Positions 9,024 to 17,838 are shown, counted from the stretch's first letter. The stretch: 32,000 bases of DNA from Candidatus Saccharimonadota bacterium (GCA_041659445.1 JBAZYG010000001.1:120001-152000); one strand, 5' to 3'. Notes: generated from the letters alone by a model not told the origin. Made by a program: numbers and translations.

Positions 9024-9995
9024 ATGAGTGATGATAAAGAAGCTGAAAAAAAAGAAGTGAAGTCTTCTAAGTTAAGACCAACTCAAATTATTAAGAAAAA
9101 TCCTTGGGTATTAATATCAATTATCTTAGCAATTTTAGTAATTCTTTTAATTATTGCAAATTTTTCATCAATTTTCAAACCCTCTGGAAAATCTATTGGA
9201 AAAAATTTTGTTGATTTTATAAATTCTCGAGGTGGGACTGAAATAGAATATGTTAGTTCAAGTTATTTTGGTTCAGGACTTTACGAAGTAATTGTTTCTT
9301 CTGAAGGAAGTGAAATTCCAGTTTATTTAACTAAAGATGGAAAATATTTTGTTTCAATAATAGCAGAACTTTCAGATTCTTCAAATGAAGGAAATTCAAA
9401 TGATCAAACTTCTGATGAAATTCCAACTTCAGATAAACCAAATGTAAAATTATTTGTCATGAGTTTTTGTCCTTATGGTAATTTAGCTGAGAATACAATG
9501 TATCCAGTATATAATTTGTTAAAAGGATATGTTGATTTTGAAGTGCATTATATTGTTTCTGTTGAAGGTAATTCAGTTAGTTCATTACATGGGCAAAAAG
9601 AAGTTGATCAAAATATTAGGGAACTTTGTGTCAAGAAAAATTATGGTAATGATAAATTTTGGAATTTTGTAACAGCAATAAATGAAGATTGTGGTTCTGA
9701 TGGTTCATGTTGGGAAAATGTATCTCAAACATTAGGAATTGATATTCAAACAATTGAAAGTTGTTTTGAAAATGAAGGATTAGATTTAATGAAAGCTGAA
9801 GCAGAAATTTCAGATGAATATGGTGTTTCTGGCTCTCCAACAATGTTTATTAACGAGGTTGAGACAACTTCTGTTTATAGTTACGGAGATTCAGAAGAAT
9901 ATAAAGGAACAATTTGTTCTGCATTCAATGAAGTTCCAAGTGTTTGTGCTCAAGAATTAACTTCTACTGATTCTAATGTTCAAGGAAGTTGTTGA
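9024..9995 (+). CDS. Membrane-anchored extracytoplasmic thioredoxin/DsbA-fold protein
   Basis: One N-terminal TM helix (WVLISIILAILVILLIIANF). Active-site-like FCPYG. DsbA-like cis-Pro loop GVSGSPTMFINE. Several further Cys. Confidence 0.5.
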   Translation: MSDDKEAEKKEVKSSKLRPTQIIKKNPWVLISIILAILVILLIIANFSSIFKPSGKSIGKNFVDFINSRGGTEIEYVSSSYFGSGLYEVIVSSEGSEIPVYLTKDGKYFVSIIAELSDSSNEGNSNDQTSDEIPTSDKPNVKLFVMSFCPYGNLAENTMYPVYNLLKGYVDFEVHYIVSVEGNSVSSLHGQKEVDQNIRELCVKKNYGNDKFWNFVTAINEDCGSDGSCWENVSQTLGIDIQTIESCFENEGLDLMKAEAEISDEYGVSGSPTMFINEVETTSVYSYGDSEEYKGTICSAFNEVPSVCAQELTSTDSNVQGSC

Positions 9996-10006
9996 TTTTT
10001 GAAAAG

Positions 10007-10016
10007 TTTTATAAAT
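10007..10016 (+). promoter_or_regulatory. TATA-box-like element for 10037..10807
   Basis: ttttataaat centred about 25 nt upstream of the ATG. Confidence 0.4.
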
Positions 10017-10036
10017 AATTTTTTACTTTTTTAATT

Positions 10037-10807
10037 ATGAAACTATTAGTTGGTTTTTTTGATAGATTAATCTATAAGTTTATTGGAAATTCCCATTTGA
10101 TTGAAACAAAAGTCAATAAAGAAAATTTAAAGAAACGATTTTATTATGTTAAAAATTCTAAAATTTTATACGTGAATATTTTAGGTTGGCATGCTTGTTT
10201 TTCTAATGCCTTTCCTTTAAAAAATCATTTAAACAAAAAAGGGATTTCTTGTGTAATGTATGAATTTCCTTGTGGGATTTTATCTTATAATTCAAAATTA
10301 ACAGAAAGTAATTTTCTTAAATTAAATAAAATTATTAAGAAAGATATAGAAGATTATAAATCAAGATATAACTTTGATGAAATTATTGTTTCTGGAACTA
10401 GTTTAGGAGGAATTTTGGCTTTTTTAGTTTCTAATGGAAATAAATTAGTTAACAAGTTAGTTTTAATTGTTCCAGGATATGATTTAGCAGAGTCGCTATG
10501 GTTTGGAATTGTGACAAGAAAATTACGTAAAAGATATGAAAAAAATAACGTAAATCTAAAAAAATTGATGTCTCTTTGGAAATCCATCACACCATATAAA
10601 AATTTTGATAAACTTGATGATAAAAAAATTTTTATTTTTGCTTCTAAATCAGATAGAGTTATTAATTTTTCACAAGTAGAAAAATTATGTAAAGAATTTA
10701 AAAAAAGAAAATATAATTTTAAATGTTATTTTAATAAATTCCTTGGGCATTATTTAACTATCTTTTTTACTTATAGAAGGCTAATTAAAAAATTAAAATT
10801 TGTTTAG
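10037..10807 (+). CDS. Alpha/beta-hydrolase-fold protein (putative esterase)
   Basis: Nucleophile elbow GTSLGG (GxSxG) in IIVSGTSLGGILAF. A late SDRV and GH could complete the triad. Confidence 0.5.
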   Translation: MKLLVGFFDRLIYKFIGNSHLIETKVNKENLKKRFYYVKNSKILYVNILGWHACFSNAFPLKNHLNKKGISCVMYEFPCGILSYNSKLTESNFLKLNKIIKKDIEDYKSRYNFDEIIVSGTSLGGILAFLVSNGNKLVNKLVLIVPGYDLAESLWFGIVTRKLRKRYEKNNVNLKKLMSLWKSITPYKNFDKLDDKKIFIFASKSDRVINFSQVEKLCKEFKKRKYNFKCYFNKFLGHYLTIFFTYRRLIKKLKFV

Positions 10808-10843
10808 GTATTATATATTTTTAATAAATTTAATTAAATGATT

Positions 10844-12016
10844 TTAATTTTTCATAATATATTCAATTTCTTCTGAATCTAATTTTAATTCTTTTTGAAT
10901 TAAAGTGCTTTTTAAAATGTTTTTTATTTCAGGCCATTCTCTTAAAATTCTTTTAGAGCCAACATGGGTTTTTAATGCATATTTTTCTGCAATTGATTTT
11001 CGTTTTGAAAGCTTTTGGTTTGATAACCATATTTTTAAAATTCTTTCTGGTTTAGAATATTTGAAAAAACCTTTTTTTTCGTTTATTTTTGAAGAAGAAA
11101 TTCCATAACTTAAAAAAATATTTTGATAAACTAAAAATCTCCAATATTGTTGTTTGTATATTCTTCCCTTGAATAAATCTGCATTTGCAAGTTTAAAATA
11201 TGCCTGAGCAAGTTCTTTGCCAGAATAAATATTTGGTATGTTCTCTTCAATCCACAACATTATTTCATCAATAGACATTTCTGTTTTATCAAATGCTCTT
11301 AACATTTCGTTATTCGCTTTTTCTTGAAAAATTTCTCTTAATATATTAAAAATAGTATCTTCTTTATTTCTAGAATCAATTATTGCTTCTTCTGGATTTT
11401 GAGAACTTGAAATTGCTTGTAAATCATTTATTGCTGCTCTTAAATCGCCTTTTGAGTTTTCAGATATTTCAGAAAGTATTTCTATGTTTAGGAATTTATC
11501 CTCTTTTTTTAATATATCAATTAAGACTGCTTTTGAAATATTTAATGGAATATTTTTCAATTCAATTATTGTTGATTTTTTTCTTAAATCTGCTAAATTT
11601 TTTTTCCAAACATCATTTGCAGTTGCAATTATTGGATATGTTGTTTCATCAATTAACTTTGTTAATTCTGAAATTCCCCCTCTATCTGTTCCAGTTATTC
11701 CGTCGACTTCATCAATTAAAATTATTTTGTTTTCTTTTGTCAAAGATTTTTGTTCAATTGCGGGTCTTAAAATTTGTTGTAATTTTTCTTTATTTCTTAA
11801 ATCAGATGCATTTAGTTCAAACAATTCAAAATTCATTTCTTTTGAAAAAACATGAACCAGCGTTGTTTTTCCAATTCCAGGAGGACCACCTAAGATTAAT
11901 ACTTTTTTCTTGTTTGGAAATTCGTCTAAAAATTTTTTAATTTTTTCAATACTTTCTTCTTGTCCTTTAATATCTTCTAGTTTTTTTGGTCGATGTTTTT
12001 CTGTCCATTGAGTCAT
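10844..12016 (-). CDS. rfcL: Replication factor C large subunit
   Basis: WTEKHRPKKLEDIKGQEE, Walker A GPPGIGKTT, Walker B ILIDEVDG, and clamp-loader AAA+ layout. Confidence 0.9.
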   Translation of the reverse strand: MTQWTEKHRPKKLEDIKGQEESIEKIKKFLDEFPNKKKVLILGGPPGIGKTTLVHVFSKEMNFELFELNASDLRNKEKLQQILRPAIEQKSLTKENKIILIDEVDGITGTDRGGISELTKLIDETTYPIIATANDVWKKNLADLRKKSTIIELKNIPLNISKAVLIDILKKEDKFLNIEILSEISENSKGDLRAAINDLQAISSSQNPEEAIIDSRNKEDTIFNILREIFQEKANNEMLRAFDKTEMSIDEIMLWIEENIPNIYSGKELAQAYFKLANADLFKGRIYKQQYWRFLVYQNIFLSYGISSSKINEKKGFFKYSKPERILKIWLSNQKLSKRKSIAEKYALKTHVGSKRILREWPEIKNILKSTLIQKELKLDSEEIEYIMKN

Positions 12017-12017
12017 T

Positions 12018-12521
12018 TTAAATCACCATATCACTATAAGATTTATTTATTAGGTCCTTTTCTTTGATTTTTAATAATTTTTTATAATAATTAAATTGTT
12101 TAATTAATTCTTCTTTTGTTTGTTCTTTATCCTGTATTACTTCTATTTCTATAAAATTTCCTAAATTCTTAACTTCATCTATATGAAATTTAACATTTGC
12201 AATAAAATATATTTCTCTTTGTTTATCTACTATTTGAAAGATTCCTAATGATTTTTCTAATATTTCGTCAATTTCTGTAGAGGGATTTTGATGCATTAAT
12301 ATTCTTGATTCTTTTTGATTGGGATTTTCTATTCTATCATAAAAAACTAGACATTTTTCTATATTTCCTCTTCTTATTTTTAATCTGCCATTTTTTACAT
12401 TAAAATAAGTGTCTCTTTGATTGTCTTTTCCGATATACTCTGCATTGTTTTCTAGTAAAATCTTCCTTATCTCTTCAGGATTTTTGCATATTGCTTTTAA
12501 TTCAATGTTTAATCTTTTCAT
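12018..12521 (-). CDS. CYTH-domain protein (class IV adenylate cyclase / triphosphate tunnel metalloenzyme, CyaB-like)
   Basis: N-terminal ExExK-type motif (NIELKA), RLKIRRG, and FHIDEVKNLGNFIEIEV. The size (~167 aa) is typical of the family. Confidence 0.75.
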   Translation of the reverse strand: MKRLNIELKAICKNPEEIRKILLENNAEYIGKDNQRDTYFNVKNGRLKIRRGNIEKCLVFYDRIENPNQKESRILMHQNPSTEIDEILEKSLGIFQIVDKQREIYFIANVKFHIDEVKNLGNFIEIEVIQDKEQTKEELIKQFNYYKKLLKIKEKDLINKSYSDMVI

Positions 12522-12736
12522 TTTTTATTCAAATCTTTTATTATTTTAATTAATTTTGAAATTTCTTCTTTTGCTGAATTTGGAGATAATTTTTCATTAA
12601 GAGCATCTTTTGCAATGTTTCTTATTTGAGATGAAGAATAATCTATGTCTTGTTGCGAATCTGCAAAAATAGTTTGGAATTTTGGAGATTTATAATTCAT
12701 CATTCTTTCAAAATATTTTTTATTTTTTGCTTCCAT
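12518..12736 (-). CDS. Hypothetical protein (72 aa)
   Basis: ORF with a 4-nt stop/start overlap with the CYTH gene and 1 nt from the upstream gene. The operon position supports that it is real. Confidence 0.45.
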   Translation of the reverse strand: MEAKNKKYFERMMNYKSPKFQTIFADSQQDIDYSSSQIRNIAKDALNEKLSPNSAKEEISKLIKIIKDLNKK

Positions 12737-12737
12737 T

Positions 12738-13151
12738 TTAAATTATTTCCGATAAGTCTTTATTTATTATTTTGGGGTTAATTCCTATTAATTCATCTTT
12801 GAAATATTTATTTTCTGGTAATGGATTGTAAAAAAATATTTTTTTGCCCATGTTAAAAGCTTCATATATTTCTAAAAATGTTGCTCCTCCAATATAATTT
12901 TCTTCTCCATTTTTTTTGAAATTTAATACCAAAACTGCATCATTAGGTTTTATATTTTTTTTATTTCGCTTAATCATTTCCCCTTTCCATTTTATGTGCT
13001 CTTCTAAGCCTCTTTTTTTTATTTCTTCTTCTTTAAATGGTTTTTCATAACTATTTGGAAGTTTTATAGTATGCCCTGTTTTTTCTAATTTTTCTTTTAT
13101 TTCTGGAATTTTATTGTAAAAATGTTTACTGCATAAAATAAATATTTTCAT
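12738..13151 (-). CDS. Nucleoside 2-deoxyribosyltransferase-like (Rossmann-like) protein
   Basis: MKIFILCS start and DAVLVLN...YIGGATFLEIYEAFNMGKKIFFYNPLP resemble NDT-like family proteins. Recognised from memory only. Confidence 0.45.
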   Translation of the reverse strand: MKIFILCSKHFYNKIPEIKEKLEKTGHTIKLPNSYEKPFKEEEIKKRGLEEHIKWKGEMIKRNKKNIKPNDAVLVLNFKKNGEENYIGGATFLEIYEAFNMGKKIFFYNPLPENKYFKDELIGINPKIINKDLSEII

Positions 13152-13152
13152 T

Positions 13153-14115
13153 TTATTCCTTTCCTAAGCCTGCTAGAACAAAACTTGCTAAGAGAGCTTG
13201 TAGTTGTATAAATGGGTCACTTCCCTCGACAATTCGAAATTCAGCTTCGCCTGTTTTTTCAGTTAATCTCACTTTTAATTCTGGTTCAACAGGTAGATTC
13301 CAAATTTCTTTTTGAATTGCTTTTATTACATCTTGTCCTGAAATTCCTTGTTTTAACATAATGTCCAAAAGTTTTTCTTTTGAATTTTTAAAATCTCCAG
13401 CTAAAGCATATTCTAAAACAACTTTAATGTCTTTTGGTTTTGCTTCTGACACTATTGTTGAAACTAATTCAGTAGTTATTGACGGAGATATTGCTGAAGT
13501 GGATTGTATTAAATTAACGCATCTTCTACAGTCGCCTTCGCTTGCTTCATAAATTGTTTCTATTGCATCTGGATTTAAAATTAAGTTTTCTTTTTCTGCA
13601 ATATTTTTCATTACTTTTTCAACATCTTTTTTTTCTAGTAATTTAAATCTAAAAATTGCACAACGTGATTGAATTGGGTCAATGATTTTGCTTGAATAAT
13701 TACAAGATAAGATAAAACGACACGTTGAAGAAAAGTTTTCCATTGTTCTTCTTAATGCTTGTTGGGCTTCTGGAGTTAATGCATCTGCTTCATCTAAAAA
13801 TATTATTTTGAATGGAATATTTCCAATTGATTTTGTTCTTGCAAATGTTTTTACTTTTTCTCTAACAACATTAATTCCTCTTTCATCAGAAGCATTTAAT
13901 TCAAGATAGTTTTCTTTCCAATTTTCTCCGTAAAGTTCCCTTACAACAATTAATGCTAATGTTGATTTTCCTGTTCCTGCTGGACCTGCAAATAATAAAT
14001 GAGGTATATTTAAGGATTTTGTTAAAGCTTCAACTCGTTTAATGATGTTGTCTTGTCCAAAAACTTCTGGGAATTTTTTTGGACGATATTTTTCTGTCCA
14101 GATTTCATTTGCCAT
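13153..14115 (-). CDS. rfcS: Replication factor C small subunit
   Basis: WTEKYRPKKFPEVFGQ, Walker A GPAGTGKST, Walker B IIFLDEADALT, and SRC motif QSRCAIFRF. Confidence 0.95.
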   Translation of the reverse strand: MANEIWTEKYRPKKFPEVFGQDNIIKRVEALTKSLNIPHLLFAGPAGTGKSTLALIVVRELYGENWKENYLELNASDERGINVVREKVKTFARTKSIGNIPFKIIFLDEADALTPEAQQALRRTMENFSSTCRFILSCNYSSKIIDPIQSRCAIFRFKLLEKKDVEKVMKNIAEKENLILNPDAIETIYEASEGDCRRCVNLIQSTSAISPSITTELVSTIVSEAKPKDIKVVLEYALAGDFKNSKEKLLDIMLKQGISGQDVIKAIQKEIWNLPVEPELKVRLTEKTGEAEFRIVEGSDPFIQLQALLASFVLAGLGKE

Positions 14116-14167
14116 AGATTATCTTATTTAAAACACCTTATAAATATTATTATACTAATTTTAAGCA

Positions 14168-14575
14168 TCAACAAATAGCAGACCAATATTTGATTATTGA
14201 ATTACATTCTTTATAAATTGCATCAAGAAAATTCTGAGTTGTTTCCAAATCATGCTTGTTAATTTGATCAATTTTTTGACAAGAACTTATTTTTTCAAGA
14301 GTTTTTTTAGATATTTCTGCTGAATTTAAATTTTTTTGTATTTTTTCTATAAATCTAACTGAATAAAATTCGCTTGAGGAATATAGAAATATTTTTCGAT
14401 AAGGTTCCAATTCCTTATTTAAAATATTATTTTCTTCTAGTGTTAAAACTTTTATTGAATTGGTTAAGATTTTTAGACCATCGTTAATAATGTATTTATT
14501 TGGGTTTGGTTTTTTGAGTTCTGCAATTACATTTGCTGTTCTAAACCCAATATTAAAATGGTCTAATCTTTCCAT
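14168..14575 (-). CDS. Hypothetical helical protein (135 aa)
   Basis: ORF track entry. No recognisable motif. Confidence 0.5.
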   Translation of the reverse strand: MERLDHFNIGFRTANVIAELKKPNPNKYIINDGLKILTNSIKVLTLEENNILNKELEPYRKIFLYSSSEFYSVRFIEKIQKNLNSAEISKKTLEKISSCQKIDQINKHDLETTQNFLDAIYKECNSIIKYWSAIC

Positions 14576-14695
14576 TTAAATTTTATGTTGAAGAATTATA
14601 TAAAGATTGTTGTGTTGTTTTATGGGAATTAATTAAAGTATATACTCTAATATCTATGTTATAAAGTATATATTTGAATATATATTTTAAAGAAG

Positions 14696-14720
14696 GTATT
14701 TATTCTGTTTGAATAAATAC
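14696..14720 (-). terminator. Perfect 10-bp hairpin immediately downstream of 14725..15141
   Basis: gtatttattc tgttt gaataaatac starts 4 nt after the stop codon and has T-rich flanks on both strands. Confidence 0.3.
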
Positions 14721-14724
14721 TTTT

Positions 14725-15141
14725 TTATTTATTTTCATCAAGTATTTCTTCTAACTTTTCTGTTGTTTTTTTTCTTTGTTCTAGAATGCTTTTTGAAATT
14801 GCCTGCGTTATAATATCTAATATTTTTTCTGGTTGGTTTAATTTTGATTCTTCATGTAGAAATTCTTGAATCCCTTTAATTAAGTTTTCTAATTTAGTTT
14901 CACATTCTTTCCATTCTTTTGAAAGGTAATCTATTTGTGAGGCATAAGTTTCATGGATTATTTTACTTTGAAGTATTTCTATAACTTCTTCTCCTTTAAA
15001 TTCATATTGGGAAATTTCATTAGTTAGCATCAAATAATTTCTATACTCTGGAGAATCTTTTAATTTTTTTTCATTTAATCCTTTAACTTTTTCATATAAT
15101 AATAAAATATTTTGGAGTTTGCAAATAATATCTCTATCCAT
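14725..15141 (-). CDS. Hypothetical helical protein (138 aa)
   Basis: ORF track entry. No recognisable motif. Confidence 0.5.
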   Translation of the reverse strand: MDRDIICKLQNILLLYEKVKGLNEKKLKDSPEYRNYLMLTNEISQYEFKGEEVIEILQSKIIHETYASQIDYLSKEWKECETKLENLIKGIQEFLHEESKLNQPEKILDIITQAISKSILEQRKKTTEKLEEILDENK

Positions 15142-15200
15142 GTTTTTTACAATAAAAGTTTATTTTTAAGGATTTAGATACTTAAATTATATTTAAAGGA

Positions 15201-15317
15201 TTATTTGCTTCTAGCTCTTCTTAGTTTTCTTTTATGCTTTTCTTTTCTAAGTCTTTTACGTTGCCATTTCCAACGCATTTGTCTTTTCTTTTTCCAACGT
15301 CTTGAGCTTCTTTTCAT
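15201..15317 (-). CDS. rpl41e: 50S ribosomal protein L41e
   Basis: Manual translation gives MKRSSRRWKKKRQMRWKWQRKRLRKEKHKRKLRRARSK (38 aa). The KRSSRRWKKK.RMRWKW pattern is typical of archaeal L41e. Below the ORF-track cutoff. Confidence 0.75.
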   Translation of the reverse strand: MKRSSRRWKKKRQMRWKWQRKRLRKEKHKRKLRRARSK

Positions 15318-15364
15318 AGTTTGAGAAAGATAAATTTAGTTTAAAAAGGTTTTGGAGACAAATT

Positions 15365-16582
15365 TTAAACCCCGCTTGTAAAAACATGGATTGAATTTTT
15401 TTTAAGTATCTCCACAGCAGAAGTTATTGATTTTTCTCCAAGGAATATTGCAATTATTTGATTTTTTAATTCAGAGTTTGAAATCATTTCTGCAGTTTTT
15501 TCAGGTTCTGACATTGTTTGAGGAGTTAAAACAATTATTATTTGTCCAGAATAATTATGCTCTTTTAATTTTTCCAAAACTTTGCTGTAATCTGTTGTCG
15601 TCGCTGTTCCTAACACATCAATTATTTTATCTATTTTGAAACCTTTTTCAGAAAGTTCGTCTGTTAACAATGCCGCAGCTCCTCCTGCGTTTGTTAAAAT
15701 AATTCCATTTTTGAAAGTTAATTTTTTTGAAATATCTATTTTTTTCAAGTTCAGCGCTTCGCTTAAAGAATTTACTAATTTTACTTTTGCTTGCTTAAAG
15801 GCACTTTTATAAATTTCATAATCTGTTGCAATGCTTCCAGTATGGCTTATTGCTGCTTTTTTTCCAGAATTTGTTTTTCCTGCTTTTATTACGATTATTT
15901 GTTTTTTTGAATTTTTACAAACATCTATAAATTTTTTTCCATCTTTTAATCTTTCAATATAACAAATAATTTTTTTTGTATTTTTGTCTTTGTTATAATA
16001 TTCTGCAAAATCTGCAAAATCCAAATCAATCATGTTTCCTAAACTTACATAACCTGAAAAACCTAAATCCAAATCTGCAAGATAACTCCATAATGCTCCA
16101 CTTTGACTTAAAAATGCAATGTTTCCTTTCTTTGGAGTCAGTCTTGAAAAAGTAGAATCTAAATTTAAATGTGGATTAAAAATTCCAAAACAGTTTGGTC
16201 CGAGGATATTTAATTTGTATTTTTTTTCTAATTTTAATAATTTATTATTCAAGGTGTATTTCTTTTTCTCAGAAAATCCTGCAGAGATTATTATTACATC
16301 TTTTATGTTTTTTTTACAACATTGTTTTAAAACTTTTGGAACAAATTTTGCAGGAATTGCAATTATCACTAAATCTATCTTTTTATGATAATCTAAGATT
16401 GTTTTATACGCTTTTTTGTTTTCAATTAATTCTGAATTGGGATTAATTGGAATTAATTTGCCGTTGAATAAATTCAATTTTTTCATTAAAATATTTCCAA
16501 TTTTTTCAGGATTGTTTGAAGCTCCGATTAAAGCAATTGTTTTTGGGTTTAGAAAATCGTTCACATCTTTTAGGTTTGTCAT
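15365..16582 (-). CDS. acdA: Acetyl-CoA synthetase (ADP-forming), alpha subunit
   Basis: CoA-binding N-terminus (IALIGASNNPEKIGN), LGPNCFGI, AFLSQSGAL, and phosphohistidine loop ISHTGSIA. Confidence 0.85.
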   Translation of the reverse strand: MTNLKDVNDFLNPKTIALIGASNNPEKIGNILMKKLNLFNGKLIPINPNSELIENKKAYKTILDYHKKIDLVIIAIPAKFVPKVLKQCCKKNIKDVIIISAGFSEKKKYTLNNKLLKLEKKYKLNILGPNCFGIFNPHLNLDSTFSRLTPKKGNIAFLSQSGALWSYLADLDLGFSGYVSLGNMIDLDFADFAEYYNKDKNTKKIICYIERLKDGKKFIDVCKNSKKQIIVIKAGKTNSGKKAAISHTGSIATDYEIYKSAFKQAKVKLVNSLSEALNLKKIDISKKLTFKNGIILTNAGGAAALLTDELSEKGFKIDKIIDVLGTATTTDYSKVLEKLKEHNYSGQIIIVLTPQTMSEPEKTAEMISNSELKNQIIAIFLGEKSITSAVEILKKNSIHVFTSGV

Positions 16583-16599
16583 GTAATTATTCCGAAAAC

Positions 16600-16613
16600 T
16601 ATATATAAATAAA
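16600..16613. promoter_or_regulatory. Shared AT tract / TATA element in the 46-bp divergent acdA-acdB intergenic region
   Basis: tatatataaataaa lies roughly 20-25 nt from both divergent ATGs (16582 minus, 16629 plus). Confidence 0.35.
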
Positions 16614-16628
16614 TTTTGTTTATGATTT

Positions 16629-17237
16629 ATGAAGTTTTTTAGCGAAAAAAGAGCTGAGCATTTTTTAGAAAAAAATGGTTTTGTGATTGTAGATAGTTAT
16701 TACGTTCGTTCTAAAAGAAATGTTAAGAGAGCGTTGAAGGTTATTGGCTTTCCTTGTGTTATGAAAGTTGCAGGAAGAAAGATAGTGCATAAAGCAAATT
16801 TAGGAGGAGTAAAGATTAATATCAAAACTTATTCTCAGGCGTTGTCTGAATTTTCAATTTTAAAATCAATTAAAGATTCAGAAGGAGTTATTTTTCAGAA
16901 AATTGCTAAGGGAAATGAATTTATTTTGGGAATTAAAAAAGCAACTGAATTTGGACATGTAATTGTTTTTGGGGTTGGTGGAAGCGGAGTTGAATTTAAA
17001 AAAGATTTTGCATTTCGTATTTGTCCTGTTTCAAACAAAGAAATTTTAGAGATGATTCGTGAAACAAAAATTGGAAAAAAACTTTCAGAAAAGAATATAA
17101 AATCTTTAAAAGAAAATATTTCAAAATTAAATTATCTTGTAGAAAAATATCCTGAAATTTCTGAATTAGACATTAATCCTTTTTTCTTGGATAAAGGAAT
17201 TGGAAAAGTTGTTGATGCCAGAATTGTGTGGGAATAA
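16629..17237 (+). CDS. acdB: Acetyl-CoA synthetase (ADP-forming), beta subunit (ATP-grasp)
   Basis: ATP-grasp pattern GFPCVMKVAGRKIVHKANLGGVKINI, plus LDINPFF near the C-terminus. Confidence 0.8.
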   Translation: MKFFSEKRAEHFLEKNGFVIVDSYYVRSKRNVKRALKVIGFPCVMKVAGRKIVHKANLGGVKINIKTYSQALSEFSILKSIKDSEGVIFQKIAKGNEFILGIKKATEFGHVIVFGVGGSGVEFKKDFAFRICPVSNKEILEMIRETKIGKKLSEKNIKSLKENISKLNYLVEKYPEISELDINPFFLDKGIGKVVDARIVWE

Positions 17238-17329
17238 AATGAAGAAAAAAATTAAATTTTATGGTTCATTTAATGAGAATGAATTTACAAAGGATTCTAA
17301 TGAATTAATTATGGTTGCAGAGAAATAAT

Positions 17330-17782
17330 TTATATTTTAATCTTTTGATCTCTTCTGCAATGTTGAGCATTTCTTCTTTGATCTTTTGTCATTTCTAAAA
17401 TATTTTCAGAGTAATTTCTTAAAAGAGAATATTGTTTTGTTCCAAAAGAATCCAAATGGTTAGCTTTTCGCCATTTATTTAAATTTTTTTTATTAATTCC
17501 ACCCATTTTCTTTAAATTCTTTTTAATTGATTCATACATGATTATTATTTCATTATGCATAATGTCATATTCAGTTTTATTTTGTTTATTCCAATATTGT
17601 AAAATTGATTTGGTAAGCATATATCCGAGTTGGGGTTTTTTTGCAAAGTACATTAAAGCATCTTCCAAATAGAAATTAAGTATATTATATTCATCTTCCC
17701 CTAAAATTACTTTTTTTGCTAAAGCAGAGTCTGAAATAATTTTATTTAATTCTTTTTGATTAAATAATGAGAGTTGTTTCAT
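17330..17782 (-). CDS. Hypothetical protein (150 aa)
   Basis: ORF track entry. No recognisable motif. Confidence 0.5.
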   Translation of the reverse strand: MKQLSLFNQKELNKIISDSALAKKVILGEDEYNILNFYLEDALMYFAKKPQLGYMLTKSILQYWNKQNKTEYDIMHNEIIIMYESIKKNLKKMGGINKKNLNKWRKANHLDSFGTKQYSLLRNYSENILEMTKDQRRNAQHCRRDQKIKI

Positions 17783-17838
17783 AGCTTTTGAATTTTACAA
17801 TCTTTTATAAGAATTTGTATTGTTTTGAATATATCTTG

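Noticed and set aside
11383-11940. 185-aa and 123-aa plus-strand ORFs antisense to rfcL. Similar antisense ORFs occur at 3227-3736, 3855-4082, 4404-4598, 6771-7004, 8376-8564, 9631-9843, 10354-10590, 10905-11108, 13361-13552, 15427-15639, 16119-16446, 20379-20573, 21194-21412, 22416-22613, 24170-24424, 24851-25048, 26418-27070, 27095-27292, 29265-29456, 29565-29837 and 31120-31386.
   Set aside because: All overlap stronger, motif-bearing genes on the other strand or frame. They have Leu/Phe/Ile/Ser-rich low-complexity translations expected from stop-poor AT-rich antisense frames.
17239-17328. 29-aa ORF (MKKKIKFYGSFNENEFTKDSNELIMVAEK) starting 1 nt after acdB.
   Set aside because: It is too short and featureless to support. 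No motif, and no way to test conservation here.
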